The translations under genes were made by a program, and so were the position numbers. 64,000 nucleotides of DNA from Minisyncoccota bacterium (GTDB lineage: Bacteria; Patescibacteriota; Minisyncoccia; UBA6257; JAGOQP01): contig JBAZTS010000002.1 in NCBI GenBank assembly GCA_041661795.1, forward strand, positions 36,263-100,262, written 5' to 3'. The notes under the pieces are model-generated. The model had not been told where the DNA came from. It made no database searches and was given only the letters and a program-made list of their open reading frames with translations. Below are positions 27,358-36,864 of this stretch, piece by piece (positions within the stretch are counted from its first letter, which is position 1; each line of letters starts with the position of its first letter).

Positions 27358-27654
27358 ATGGAACAGATGCAAAATCAAACTCCTAATATGGAAAATATGT
27401 CATCGGGAGAAAAATCAAAGTCATGGGTTTATGTAGTTGTTGCTGTAATTGCGATTCTTGTTTTTTGCTGGTTTTTCTTTGGAGAAAGGATAAAGACCTA
27501 TGACTTTAACAACCAATCACTTCTTCCTTCGGAACAGAGTCAGAACACCTCTCCTGATTCTTTAACTTCTATAAATGGTGATTTACAGAGTATTGATTTG
27601 GGAGATTTGAACGTAGAATTTCAGGCGGTGGATAAGGATATAAATTCGTTGTAA
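27358..27654 (+). CDS. Hypothetical single-pass membrane protein
   Basis: 98-aa ORF with one TM segment (WVYVVVAVIAILVFCWFFF). Confidence 0.4.
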   Translation: MEQMQNQTPNMENMSSGEKSKSWVYVVVAVIAILVFCWFFFGERIKTYDFNNQSLLPSEQSQNTSPDSLTSINGDLQSIDLGDLNVEFQAVDKDINSL

Positions 27655-27781
27655 TTGGTAGAGGAAAGAGATAAGAGAAAAGGGAAAAGTAATAAGTAAT
27701 AAGCAACAAAACAAGACGCTCTAAACGGGTGTTTTGTTGATATTTATCGGGTTTTGATGTAAATTTTGAAAGGTAACTAAT

Positions 27782-27852
27782 TGGGAGATCGTCTAATGGT
27801 AGGACAGCGGCCTTTGAAGCCGTGAATCGGGGTTCGAATCCCTGTCTCCCAG
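27782..27852 (+). tRNA. tRNA-Gln (anticodon UUG)
   Basis: TGGGAGATCGTCTAATGGTAGGACAGCGGCCTTTGAAGCCGTGAATCGGGGTTCGAATCCCTGTCTCCCAG folds as a cloverleaf. The anticodon loop is CTTTGAA and the T-loop is GGTTCGAATCC. Confidence 0.9.
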
Positions 27853-27856
27853 CAAT

Positions 27857-28315
27857 ATGAACATTGTAGATAAGGCCGAATTGTTTGCTAAAGAAAGATA
27901 TTTAGCAAACGACCCAATTCATCAGTGGAGACATATTCAGAATGTAATGGAAAGGGCTCTTTTGATTGCTCAGAATTTTGATGACATTGATTATGAAACT
28001 CTTAAGTTAGCAGTAATTTTTCATGATATAGATTATCGGTCATATGATACACATGTTGATGCAAGCGCAAAAGTTGCAGAGAAATTTCTAAGTGAGAATA
28101 ATTATCCTAGGGAAAGAATTAATAGGGTGAAGGAAGTTATATTTGATCATTCAACGCCACATCGCGAAAAACAAGGAGAAGCGGAGTCTTTAGAAGGAAA
28201 GATAATTTATGATGCGGATAAATCTATATTTATCACTGACAAAAAAACGTACGATAAATATTATCCAAAATTATATTTAAAAGAAACCAAAAATTTGGTT
28301 GTTATCTATAAATAA
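27857..28315 (+). CDS. HD domain phosphohydrolase
   Basis: HQWRHIQNV ... IFHDIDY ... YDADK (the H...HD...D pattern). Confidence 0.75.
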   Translation: MNIVDKAELFAKERYLANDPIHQWRHIQNVMERALLIAQNFDDIDYETLKLAVIFHDIDYRSYDTHVDASAKVAEKFLSENNYPRERINRVKEVIFDHSTPHREKQGEAESLEGKIIYDADKSIFITDKKTYDKYYPKLYLKETKNLVVIYK

Positions 28316-28414
28316 ATTATTAACCAAGACGCGTCGGGGTTTTTGTTGGAATGTATTTAAAAAAGCTTTATAATACTTACGTATTCTAGTCCTAAACTGG
28401 AATACACCGTAATT

Positions 28415-28918
28415 ATGACAAATAAAATATCACATGATAGTGAAACTTTAGCTGATGGACAGCAGGTTATAACTGCTTGTGCTTTTATCCATCAAAAATT
28501 TAATGGAATTGAAAAAGTTTTTTTACCAAAAAGAGCAACGACAAAAAAGTTTTTGCCGGATGTATATGAACTGCCTGGTGGTCACATTAACTACAGAGAA
28601 GATATTGTTGACGGTCTTAAGCGTGAAATAATGGAGGAATTTAATATGAAAGTAAGAGTTGGTGATCCATTTGCTGTCTTTACATATAATAACGACATCA
28701 AAAAATCTCATTCTATTGAAGTTATTTATTTTGCTGAGTTTTCCGATCCAATAGAAAATATCAAGATTCATCCGGAGGACCATTCTTGTTTTGATTGGGT
28801 TGGAGAGAACGAATTGGATAAAGTTTATACAGAGAATAAGAAATCCGATGACCCGGAAATGCAATCTATACAAAAAGGATTTAAAATTCTAAACGGAGAA
28901 TCGCCAGCGTTTAATTAA
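28415..28918 (+). CDS. NUDIX hydrolase
   Basis: Nudix box LPGGHINYREDIVDGLKREIMEEFNM. Confidence 0.8.
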   Translation: MTNKISHDSETLADGQQVITACAFIHQKFNGIEKVFLPKRATTKKFLPDVYELPGGHINYREDIVDGLKREIMEEFNMKVRVGDPFAVFTYNNDIKKSHSIEVIYFAEFSDPIENIKIHPEDHSCFDWVGENELDKVYTENKKSDDPEMQSIQKGFKILNGESPAFN

Positions 28919-28920
28919 AT

Positions 28921-29634
28921 ATGAAAAACATCAAAACAAAAAAGCAGAGTTTAAAAAAAATTGGTCCTGACCGCATGACCACAGAGGGGAGAAAAAAATT
29001 CTTTGGTTTTTATAAAACTAATAGATCAAGAGCTCTAATAGGTTTTTTAAAGGATATTGCAAAAAGCAAGACCAACAGAAAAAGAATTTCTGCTTATTTA
29101 GGAAATAGAGAAAAAATAAACTGTTTGATTATGGGTTGTTCACATTGGGCTAATCCTAGAGACACGGCGAATTTTTTGAAAAGTTTTAATAAAAATTTAA
29201 ATATTAATCTTGCGGTTCTGGACGTATTACCCGATGCTCTTTTGGAAAGTGTTAGACATAATATTGATTGTTTGCCCATCATAACTCCCGCGCAAAAAAC
29301 TCCGTTTTTGGATAATTATTTTGATATTATAATCTGTGACTGTCTTTTGACTTGTTGTAGTTTTGACCAGCACGAACCAGTAATCAAAGAAATGAGTAGG
29401 GTCATAAAAAGAAAGGGTCTACTTATACTGGGAATTGTGCATTCTAAACGTAATATCACTTTTAAAATGACGGAACGACCTATTGTGAACTATTGCAGAC
29501 CGTTTAAGGATTATCAGAAACTTTTTGGTAAATATAACTTCATATTTCCGCCAAACTCTTCGGTTGAAACGCAACTTCCGGGAAAATGGAGCCAGATGAA
29601 AATCGCAAATGGTATTGTGATCAAGAGAAAATAA
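28921..29634 (+). CDS. Putative class I SAM-dependent methyltransferase-like protein
   Basis: LIMGCS..., DIIICDCLL and RVIKRKGLLILG resemble methyltransferase motifs I, II and post-II. This is a weak call. Confidence 0.45.
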   Translation: MKNIKTKKQSLKKIGPDRMTTEGRKKFFGFYKTNRSRALIGFLKDIAKSKTNRKRISAYLGNREKINCLIMGCSHWANPRDTANFLKSFNKNLNINLAVLDVLPDALLESVRHNIDCLPIITPAQKTPFLDNYFDIIICDCLLTCCSFDQHEPVIKEMSRVIKRKGLLILGIVHSKRNITFKMTERPIVNYCRPFKDYQKLFGKYNFIFPPNSSVETQLPGKWSQMKIANGIVIKRK

Positions 29635-29648
29635 TTAAAAGATTCGTT

Positions 29649-29900
29649 ATGTTCTTTGTTTATATTCTCAAATGCTCCGATAAATCTCTTTACGTAGGAT
29701 GTACCAATGACCTTGAGAAGAGATTAAAACAACACAACGAGTCAAAGCAGGGAGCGCATTATACTAAAATCAGAAGGCCGGTCACGTTAAAATATTCTCA
29801 AAAATTCAGGACTCTGGCTCAGGCAAGAAAAAGGGAAGCCGAAATAAAAACATGGCGCAGAAGCGAAAAAATTAAATTAATAAATTCTATAAAAAAATGA
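29649..29900 (+). CDS. GIY-YIG nuclease family protein (small, stand-alone)
   Basis: FFVYILKCSDKSLYVGCTNDLEKRLKQHN...REAEIK. Start placed at the ATG at 29649. Confidence 0.85.
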   Translation: MFFVYILKCSDKSLYVGCTNDLEKRLKQHNESKQGAHYTKIRRPVTLKYSQKFRTLAQARKREAEIKTWRRSEKIKLINSIKK

Positions 29901-30015
29901 TTATCCTTGGCCGTATCCCGCGTTAGCGGGTAGACTACAACAACGAAATGTTCACCCCCTGACATTTTTATAAAAATTTATGAGGGTTAACAAAGTGATA
30001 TAATAAGAATTAAAT

Positions 30016-30579
30016 ATGAAAAAGGTTTTATTATTACCAGGGTGGATGAGAACTCTTAGATTATACAAAGCTCACAATGATTTTGATGTGCGCATAGGAA
30101 AACTAGATGATGAATCTGTACTAGCTGATTATGTTATTGGTTTGAGTTTGGGAAGTTTAGCTGTATTGCAACAAGTTGAAAGTATCAAAGGAAAAATAAT
30201 TTTAATAAATCCTCCTCTTCCAAAAAAAAGCATTCTAATTTGGTTTGTTAACTGGCTGAAGTTTATTGTAACCGAGGGTCTATTTTTTGAAAGACAAAAA
30301 TTTACCAGAAATCCGATCAAGTTTATTTCCGCGTTAATTGTCTGTGTAAAATTACTTAATGTAGATTTTTCAAAAACGTTGGACAGCATAAAAGGGCGGT
30401 TATTGATAATTAGAGGAAGAAACGATAGATTTTTCTGTAATGATAAGACTATAAAATTTCTGAGTGCCAGGGAAATTAGAATTATAGAAATTAATGGAGG
30501 ACATAATTGGTGTGAAGAAATAGAAAAAACAATAAACGATCTGACTAAAGACACCGGTTCAGAATTATTGCCAAAGTGA
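30016..30579 (+). CDS. Alpha/beta hydrolase-like protein
   Basis: GLSLGS nucleophile elbow and a C-terminal NGGHNW His region. Weak call. Confidence 0.5.
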   Translation: MKKVLLLPGWMRTLRLYKAHNDFDVRIGKLDDESVLADYVIGLSLGSLAVLQQVESIKGKIILINPPLPKKSILIWFVNWLKFIVTEGLFFERQKFTRNPIKFISALIVCVKLLNVDFSKTLDSIKGRLLIIRGRNDRFFCNDKTIKFLSAREIRIIEINGGHNWCEEIEKTINDLTKDTGSELLPK

Positions 30580-30591
30580 TATAATAAACTT

Positions 30592-30903
30592 ATGAGTTTC
30601 ATAAAAAACTACATTAATTATCTGAAAGATAATCCTAATAAATATTGGTTTAAGAGAAAACTGTATGGATGGGGATGGGTGCCGGTTAGATGGCAGGGAT
30701 GGGTTGTTATATTGGCTTTTATTCTTTTTATTGTATTGAGCGGAATGGATATGGAGTCCAATATAACTCCCACAGACGGCCAGTTAATATTGTTTTTTGT
30801 AAAAATTGTTTTATCTGTAGCGGTAGTGATGTGGATTTGCTACAAAACCGGAGAAAAACCCAAATGGCAATGGGGACCGCCTCAAAATTCAAATCAAAAA
30901 TAA
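30592..30903 (+). CDS. Hypothetical 2-TM membrane protein
   Basis: 103-aa ORF with two hydrophobic segments. Confidence 0.4.
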   Translation: MSFIKNYINYLKDNPNKYWFKRKLYGWGWVPVRWQGWVVILAFILFIVLSGMDMESNITPTDGQLILFFVKIVLSVAVVMWICYKTGEKPKWQWGPPQNSNQK

Positions 30904-30906
30904 ATT

Positions 30907-31602
30907 ATGCAAATAAAAATTCTTTCTTGGAATATATGGTGGGATTGTCAATTTGAGCAAGTTGCCGAGTTTTTGAATTCTTCCAATGCCGATATTATCG
31001 GTCTGCAGGAAGTATCTCCAGAGGATAAAAATAGGGATGTTATCGGCTATCTAACAAAACTTGGTTATCAATATGTATTTTCTCCAATTGTAGATATACA
31101 AAACAAAGGTTATAAAAAAGAACCTGTAGGGAACGCTATTTTTAGCAAGTTTGATATCTTAAAAAGCGAAACCCATATTTTGTCTGAAGTGGATAGTAGG
31201 ATTGCCATAGAGGCAGATTTCAAAATAGGAGATAAAGAACTCAATGTTTTCAACGTTCACTTGCTCCATACTCATCAAAATCCATCAGAGATACAAGCTC
31301 TTCAAGCCGAAAATCTTATCAAAATTCTTCCTGATAAAAATACTGTTGTTATGGGCGACTTTAACGCCACACCAGAAAGCGATGCAATAAAAAGTATGAA
31401 CAGTGTTTTAAAAAATGTTGCTGATGATTCAAATCCGACCTGGAGTTTGGATGAGAAGGGTTGCCCTGTGTGTAAGGTGGGGGACTTAAAATATTGTTTG
31501 GATTATATCTTTGTTAGCAAAGATATCCAATCACACTCATTCAAAATCGAAAATCCTAAAGGATCTGATCATTTGCCGATTTCGGTTATGATTGAAATAT
31601 AA
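30907..31602 (+). CDS. Endonuclease/exonuclease/phosphatase (EEP) family protein
   Basis: ILSWNIW, IIGLQEV, VMGDFN and C-terminal GSDHLPI. Confidence 0.8.
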   Translation: MQIKILSWNIWWDCQFEQVAEFLNSSNADIIGLQEVSPEDKNRDVIGYLTKLGYQYVFSPIVDIQNKGYKKEPVGNAIFSKFDILKSETHILSEVDSRIAIEADFKIGDKELNVFNVHLLHTHQNPSEIQALQAENLIKILPDKNTVVMGDFNATPESDAIKSMNSVLKNVADDSNPTWSLDEKGCPVCKVGDLKYCLDYIFVSKDIQSHSFKIENPKGSDHLPISVMIEI

Positions 31603-31640
31603 GAATTTTGTCATATCTTAAAACAGAGTCAAAAATAAAA

Positions 31641-32186
31641 ATGGAAAAAATAACTCACCAGGGGAAAATAATAGAAGTTGTTCAAAAAGAAGTTGAGCAA
31701 AACGGGAAAGTTAAAACTTTTGAATTTGCGCGCCGTTCTCCCGGGACACGTCTGATTATCCCAAAGGAGGACAAAATTCTCTTGTCAAAAGAATTTAGAC
31801 ATGAAGTAGAAGGATATGACTACCGTCTCCCGGGAGGGAAAGTGTACGACTCTTTGGAAGAATACAATTTGGCTCTTCAATCGGGTGTGGATATTGGCGA
31901 AATGGCAAAAAAGGCGGCCATAAAGGAAGCGCGAGAAGAAACCGGAATTGAAATAAAAGATATTTCATTTATACATAAGTCGGTTTGCGGAGCAACTGTG
32001 GTTTGGGATTTGTTTTATTTTGTTGTAAACGACTTTAGTGAAACATCCAGACAGTTGGAGGATGGCGAAGATATAGAGGTTGAATACGTTTCTCGCGACA
32101 AAGTGAAAGAGATGTGTCTAAACGGAACAATCGGAGAGGAGCGATCCGCCCTTGTTTTGATTAGATATTTGGGTGGTGGATTCTAA
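31641..32186 (+). CDS. NUDIX hydrolase (ADP-ribose pyrophosphatase-like)
   Basis: LPGGKV...AAIKEAREETGI Nudix box. The ATG at 31641 is preferred over the TTG at 31608. Confidence 0.8.
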   Translation: MEKITHQGKIIEVVQKEVEQNGKVKTFEFARRSPGTRLIIPKEDKILLSKEFRHEVEGYDYRLPGGKVYDSLEEYNLALQSGVDIGEMAKKAAIKEAREETGIEIKDISFIHKSVCGATVVWDLFYFVVNDFSETSRQLEDGEDIEVEYVSRDKVKEMCLNGTIGEERSALVLIRYLGGGF

Positions 32187-32236
32187 AATGACTATTATAG
32201 AGCTTGTGGAGGTCCAATGTTAGTAGATAAAGATTT

Positions 32237-32863
32237 ATGAGTAAAGAACTATCACATAAAGAAATAACAGACTATTTCCGATCTAATATTTATGAGGCTA
32301 TTTCTTCATATAATGCTTGGAAAATGTTGTCGTATTCTAAATCTAATAAAGTGGTTTCTGATGATATGGCAAAAAGATATCTTGAAATACAAAATTACCA
32401 TCCGGGATTTTTTGCGACAGCAGAGCGTGCCTTTTTAGTTGATTTTGTGATTATGTCACTACATCCATTTGACCACAGAGATGATTCTTATTCACTTTAT
32501 AAAATAAACAAGGAAGATACAGAAGATTTTATTAATAACAATGAGAGTGTGGTAGCCGCTTTACGGAATTTAAGGAATAAACTTTTTGCACATAGAGATG
32601 CTGATATAAATAATACAAAAAACTTAATAATTCCTTCGGTTGTTAATCAAAATAAATATTTTGAAAATTTAATTGATTTTTATAATAAGCTTACTTCTGT
32701 GGTTGACGAGTCATCAACAAATTTCGTTAATGCGAAGGAGATTAAATTAGATATAGAGAATTTATTTATGAATTTATATCGAGGCGAGGCTATTAGGAAA
32801 AAACAAATTGATATTGAATGGTTGTGGGAGAAAGACAATAAAAAAGCTTCAGATATTTTATAA
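32237..32863 (+). CDS. HEPN-like (AbiU2-type) protein
   Basis: All-helical 208-aa ORF with LRNLRNKLFAHRD, which contains an R-x5-H HEPN-type motif. Family assignment is by eye only. Confidence 0.45.
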   Translation: MSKELSHKEITDYFRSNIYEAISSYNAWKMLSYSKSNKVVSDDMAKRYLEIQNYHPGFFATAERAFLVDFVIMSLHPFDHRDDSYSLYKINKEDTEDFINNNESVVAALRNLRNKLFAHRDADINNTKNLIIPSVVNQNKYFENLIDFYNKLTSVVDESSTNFVNAKEIKLDIENLFMNLYRGEAIRKKQIDIEWLWEKDNKKASDIL

Positions 32864-32868
32864 ATTTG

Positions 32869-33309
32869 ATGAATTTAAATAAAATCCAAGAATTCGCTAA
32901 AAAGATATTAAGAAATTCAACTAAGACAAAGAATTCTTTGTCTAGCTTGGCAAAAGATAATTGTAGTGAACTGACTAGATTAGTGGGGTGTTTTATTCTA
33001 AAATCACAAAGTGGAGTTACTGTATATGTGTTAAAAGGGGACAGAGTTTTTGGTAAGAAACAATCTCATGATATATTGGCTTTACATGATAAAAACGGGG
33101 TTTTTGTTATAGACCCATCCGTTTGGCAGTTTTTTCCAAACAAGAAGAGTATTCTTATATCCAACAGTAAGAATATAAAGGACGCTATTAAATCAGCAGA
33201 AAAGATATATGGCGGAAAGTGGAAAGTATCCGAAAAACTGTCGCTGAAGAAATGTTTGAAAAATCAAAAAAAGTGGATTTCTGTCATCCGTAAAAATAAT
33301 CAAAAATAA
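32869..33309 (+). CDS. Hypothetical protein (possible partner of the HEPN-like gene)
   Basis: 146-aa ORF that starts 3-6 nt after the upstream stop; no family recognised. Confidence 0.4.
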   Translation: MNLNKIQEFAKKILRNSTKTKNSLSSLAKDNCSELTRLVGCFILKSQSGVTVYVLKGDRVFGKKQSHDILALHDKNGVFVIDPSVWQFFPNKKSILISNSKNIKDAIKSAEKIYGGKWKVSEKLSLKKCLKNQKKWISVIRKNNQK

Positions 33310-33311
33310 TC

Positions 33312-33878
33312 ATGAAAACAGCCGTAATCATTCACGGGAGTCCGACTAAAAAAGAATATTTTACACGCAAGAAACCAAGTCAGTCCAATAAACACTGGTT
33401 GTCCTGGATACAAAAAGAACTCAATTTGAAAGGTATTCTTGCTCAAACTCCTGAATTTCCGGAACCCTACAAACCTGTTTACGAAAAATGGTGTTCTGTT
33501 TTTGAGCAATTCAAAATTGATGAAAACACCATGCTTATAGGTCACAGCTGTGGCGGGGGATTTTTGGTAAGATGGCTAAGTGAAAACAAAGTAAAAGTTG
33601 GAAATGTAGTTTTAGTAGCTCCTTGGATAGACCCAAATCATTATTTAAAAACCAATTTTTTTGATTTTAAAATAGACCCAAATTTAGCGAAAAGAACCAA
33701 AAAGCTGATCATTTTTGAATCCAATAATGATTTTAAAGAGATACAGAAAAGCATTGATATATTAAGAACCAAGCTAAAAGGCGCCAATTTTAAAAAATTC
33801 AAAAATATGGGGCACTTTATATCAAGTAGTATGAAAACCGACAAATTTCCTGAATTATTGAAAGAGCTTATAAAATGA
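33312..33878 (+). CDS. YdeN/RBBP9-like serine hydrolase
   Basis: IIHGSP..., GHSCGG nucleophile elbow, C-terminal GHF. Confidence 0.7.
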   Translation: MKTAVIIHGSPTKKEYFTRKKPSQSNKHWLSWIQKELNLKGILAQTPEFPEPYKPVYEKWCSVFEQFKIDENTMLIGHSCGGGFLVRWLSENKVKVGNVVLVAPWIDPNHYLKTNFFDFKIDPNLAKRTKKLIIFESNNDFKEIQKSIDILRTKLKGANFKKFKNMGHFISSSMKTDKFPELLKELIK

Positions 33879-33891
33879 AGTATATAAAAAT

Positions 33892-34470
33892 ATGAACAAA
33901 TTATTTGATAAAAACAAAACTGCGTTAGTTATTATTGATCTTCAAAAAGGAATAATAAACCGACAAACTTATCCACGTAAATCTTCCGTTGTTGTCTCAA
34001 ATGCCACTAAATTAGCCGACGTATTCAGAGAAAATTCTATGCCTGTATTTTTGATTCGGGTTACTGCATCTCCAGATATGAAGGATGGCTTAAAGCCAAT
34101 TACTGACAGTCCGACTGGAACGGAAAATAAAAAAGATCCTGATTGGGCGGACATTGTTTCGGAGCTCGTTCCAAAAGAAGACGATTTTGTAATAACTAAA
34201 AGGCAATGGGGTGCTTTTTATAACACAGAGCTGGATCTTCAGCTAAGAAGACGTAAAATTGAAACCATTGTGCTTTGTGGCATTTCAACTAATATCGGAG
34301 TAGAAAGCACGGCTAGATTTGCCTATGAGTATGGCTATCAGCAAATTTTTGTAGAAGACGCTATGGCATCAGGAAAATCAAAAGAAGAACACGAAGCAAC
34401 AATAAAGTATATTTTTCCAAGAATAGGGCGTGTACGAAAAACCGACGAGATTATCAATGAGTTTAAGTAA
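33892..34470 (+). CDS. Isochorismatase family cysteine hydrolase
   Basis: TALVIIDLQKG, ITKRQWGAF and VLCGISTNIGVESTAR (catalytic Cys). Confidence 0.85.
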   Translation: MNKLFDKNKTALVIIDLQKGIINRQTYPRKSSVVVSNATKLADVFRENSMPVFLIRVTASPDMKDGLKPITDSPTGTENKKDPDWADIVSELVPKEDDFVITKRQWGAFYNTELDLQLRRRKIETIVLCGISTNIGVESTARFAYEYGYQQIFVEDAMASGKSKEEHEATIKYIFPRIGRVRKTDEIINEFK

Positions 34471-34515
34471 ATTACATATAAAAATTTATGAAACGGGTTA
34501 TTATAGTCCATTGTT

Positions 34516-35196
34516 ATGCTGAATAAGATATTTAATAGAATCCCCAAACTTCCATTATCCGCTTTAATATTTTATTTGGTTGTTCTTTTGTTTTGGAAAC
34601 TTGGTATTATTCCCAGCCCAGCCAATGCCCTTACCTTTCTTGAGGGGTTGTATGAATCTTACGGATTGGTAGGTCTTTTTATTGCTTCGTTTCTTGAGGG
34701 AGTAGTTTATCTTGGGCTTTATTTCCCTGGTTCTTTTATAGTTGCTTTGACGGTTATTTTGTCCAACGGTTCGTTTCTGTCCTTGCTTTCCATAAGTTTG
34801 GTCGTAGCTTGCGCGCTAACCATAACTTCTCTGATTAATTATCTTATTGGAAAAAGCTTAACCAAAAATAAACCAAATAGTAGTTCGTTGACAGTCAACA
34901 AACAAATTGTATCTAAAGGTTTAGTCGCTTCTATGCTACACCCCAATTCTCTGGCTTTTTATTTTTTAAACTTGGGAATAAAAAAGGAAAATTTACTAAA
35001 AATAGTATTTGTTCCTATTTTTATGACTCTTTACGGTCTTGCTCTGGGGTACCTGCTTTATTCAGTAAAAGAACCTCTAAAAAGAGCGGCCGATAGTCCC
35101 TACGCTCTTATAACCTTAATTTTTATCTGGATAATAATCGCTTTTATCGTGGAGAGTCGCAGAAATAAAGATCTTGAGAAAGATAAACAATTATAA
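34516..35196 (+). CDS. Hypothetical multi-pass membrane protein (DedA/VTT-like N-terminus)
   Basis: LFIASFLEGVVYLGLYFPGS resembles the DedA core; otherwise unassigned. Confidence 0.45.
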   Translation: MLNKIFNRIPKLPLSALIFYLVVLLFWKLGIIPSPANALTFLEGLYESYGLVGLFIASFLEGVVYLGLYFPGSFIVALTVILSNGSFLSLLSISLVVACALTITSLINYLIGKSLTKNKPNSSSLTVNKQIVSKGLVASMLHPNSLAFYFLNLGIKKENLLKIVFVPIFMTLYGLALGYLLYSVKEPLKRAADSPYALITLIFIWIIIAFIVESRRNKDLEKDKQL

Positions 35197-35201
35197 AACA
35201 T

Positions 35202-35921
35202 ATGAGAAGCATACTAATCAAATCTATTAACGGCAGAAAAATGCCTCTTGTTATGGCGCATATGGGGGGATTGTCTCATGGGAGACCAAATTCCATTCAA
35301 GCTATTAGAAATAGTACAAAATACAATCCTGACATATTTGAAATTGATGTTAGAAAAAGCAGAGACAATATTCTTTTTTGTCACCATGGTTCTTTGCCAT
35401 TCGGTATAATATTTTCTCAAATCCTCTTTCTCTTTCGGTTCAATTTTATAGTTAAATTGCTTGGACAGATAAATACTCTTGATGAGATATTGGAAGCTAT
35501 TCCCCAAAACATTATTGTGTATTTGGATATAAAAAGCGGTTATATTACAAGTGATGACTTATTGAAAGTTATTAACAAATATCCAGCTCATCAAATATGG
35601 ATGGCTGCATATAACTTGAATTATTTAAAAAGATTGCGCGCAAAACTCGGAGAGAATTATGTATATGTTTTTAATCGTCCCATAGTTTTCTTAAATCACT
35701 TTTTAAACAACTCAAAAGGCATTGCTGATATTGTTCAATTGTTTATATGGCAGTGGAAAGAGCGTGTTGTCCAAAAAGTAAACAGTAACGGTATTGAAGT
35801 TCATTTGGCTCACTGGTTCGTTCCTCTGTCCAGAAAATATATAATTGGTAAGAAATATAATAATATATGGCTCACTTATGATGATCTTCGTTTGACACAA
35901 ACATCAAAGCAACTTTCTTAA
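35202..35921 (+). CDS. Glycerophosphodiester phosphodiesterase-like protein
   Basis: VMAHMGG...NSIQAIRN...FEIDVRKSRDNILFCHHG matches the GDPD N-terminal pattern, with HMG in place of HRG. Confidence 0.6.
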   Translation: MRSILIKSINGRKMPLVMAHMGGLSHGRPNSIQAIRNSTKYNPDIFEIDVRKSRDNILFCHHGSLPFGIIFSQILFLFRFNFIVKLLGQINTLDEILEAIPQNIIVYLDIKSGYITSDDLLKVINKYPAHQIWMAAYNLNYLKRLRAKLGENYVYVFNRPIVFLNHFLNNSKGIADIVQLFIWQWKERVVQKVNSNGIEVHLAHWFVPLSRKYIIGKKYNNIWLTYDDLRLTQTSKQLS

Positions 35922-35979
35922 TTTATTGAATAAAAAATCAACTATTCTTACAATGTCTTCTTTGCCTCTTTTATAGATT

Positions 35980-36627
35980 TTAGTATCTTAATACCTTATT
36001 AATTCTCTCTACCGCCAAATTCATATTCCTCATTCCCTGACCGACAGGATAGTAGGTTGGATAAACTAAAAACTTTTTGTTTCTGACATTTAAAGTTTCA
36101 CCTTCTTTATTTTTATAATTGCTTACTTTTATTTTTTTATCCAAAAGAATCGAACTTACTTGATTCCCAAAGGTTATAATTTTTTTGGGATTGACCGACA
36201 AAATTTCTCGGAACATCAAATCCAGATATTCTCTAAAAATTCTATCATTAAGGGAATGAGCGTCTATTTGGGTGCACTTTGCTAAATTGGTTATATAAAC
36301 TTTGTTTTCGTTAATTTCTTGATAGATATTTTTTGAAAAGTCATAAGTCCAGTCACCAAACTTGATCTTTTGCGTTTTGTCAAAACTGCTTTTGGAAATA
36401 AACTCTAATTTATATAAAAGCTTCCATATATTTTTTGTTCCCAGCCACGGAGCTCTCAACCCTTTCCAATTTTTATCGGCGGATATGTTCCTTGCCGTGG
36501 GATTCATAAAAATAAGCATAATCTGGGGACTTCTAATACACCCGGCTCCGTATACGGAATTGAGATTAGAATGGCCGTGTAGAACCTGTAGTCGGTCAAA
36601 TCTTTTATGTAGGTGCTTTAACTGCAT
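35980..36627 (-). CDS. Uracil-DNA glycosylase superfamily protein (divergent)
   Basis: IMLIFMNPTARN, YITNLAKCTQ and a UDG-like length and layout. Weaker match than the family-4 UDG at 43325-43930. Confidence 0.5.
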   Translation of the reverse strand: MQLKHLHKRFDRLQVLHGHSNLNSVYGAGCIRSPQIMLIFMNPTARNISADKNWKGLRAPWLGTKNIWKLLYKLEFISKSSFDKTQKIKFGDWTYDFSKNIYQEINENKVYITNLAKCTQIDAHSLNDRIFREYLDLMFREILSVNPKKIITFGNQVSSILLDKKIKVSNYKNKEGETLNVRNKKFLVYPTYYPVGQGMRNMNLAVERINKVLRY

Positions 36628-36861
36628 TTGTTTTATTATATACTATCAGTGTACAATATCCCTATGGACCAATTGGACCCAAAAATAACAGAAACACTTG
36701 AACAGAAAATAGATAAACTTCAGCGTTCAATAAGCAGATTAAATAAAATATTTCTTTGGACACTGATAATAGGTGTTGTCTTGTTTGTCTTGCCTTTGAT
36801 TGGACTTTTGTTTGTGATACCTCAGCTGTTTTCAAGTTATAGTAATGTATTGAATTTTTAA
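36628..36861 (+). CDS. Small membrane protein (start uncertain)
   Basis: A helical N-terminus followed by one long TM segment (IFLWTLIIGVVLFVLPLIGLLFVIP). Confidence 0.35.
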   Translation: MFYYILSVYNIPMDQLDPKITETLEQKIDKLQRSISRLNKIFLWTLIIGVVLFVLPLIGLLFVIPQLFSSYSNVLNF

Positions 36862-36864
36862 TAT

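Noticed and set aside
27782-27852. An integrated element with att sites at tRNA-Gln.
   Set aside because: There is no integrase, and I could find no downstream repeat of the tRNA 3' end by eye. It is reported only as a loosely defined accessory block.
30129-30602. Long antisense ORFs inside well-supported genes (for example 30129-30602, 44808-45254, 59945-60352, 60971-61321, 1670-1987, 48402-48737).
   Set aside because: These are shadow ORFs, typical of AT-rich coding DNA. Their products are low-complexity and overlap genes with clear family signatures on the opposite strand.
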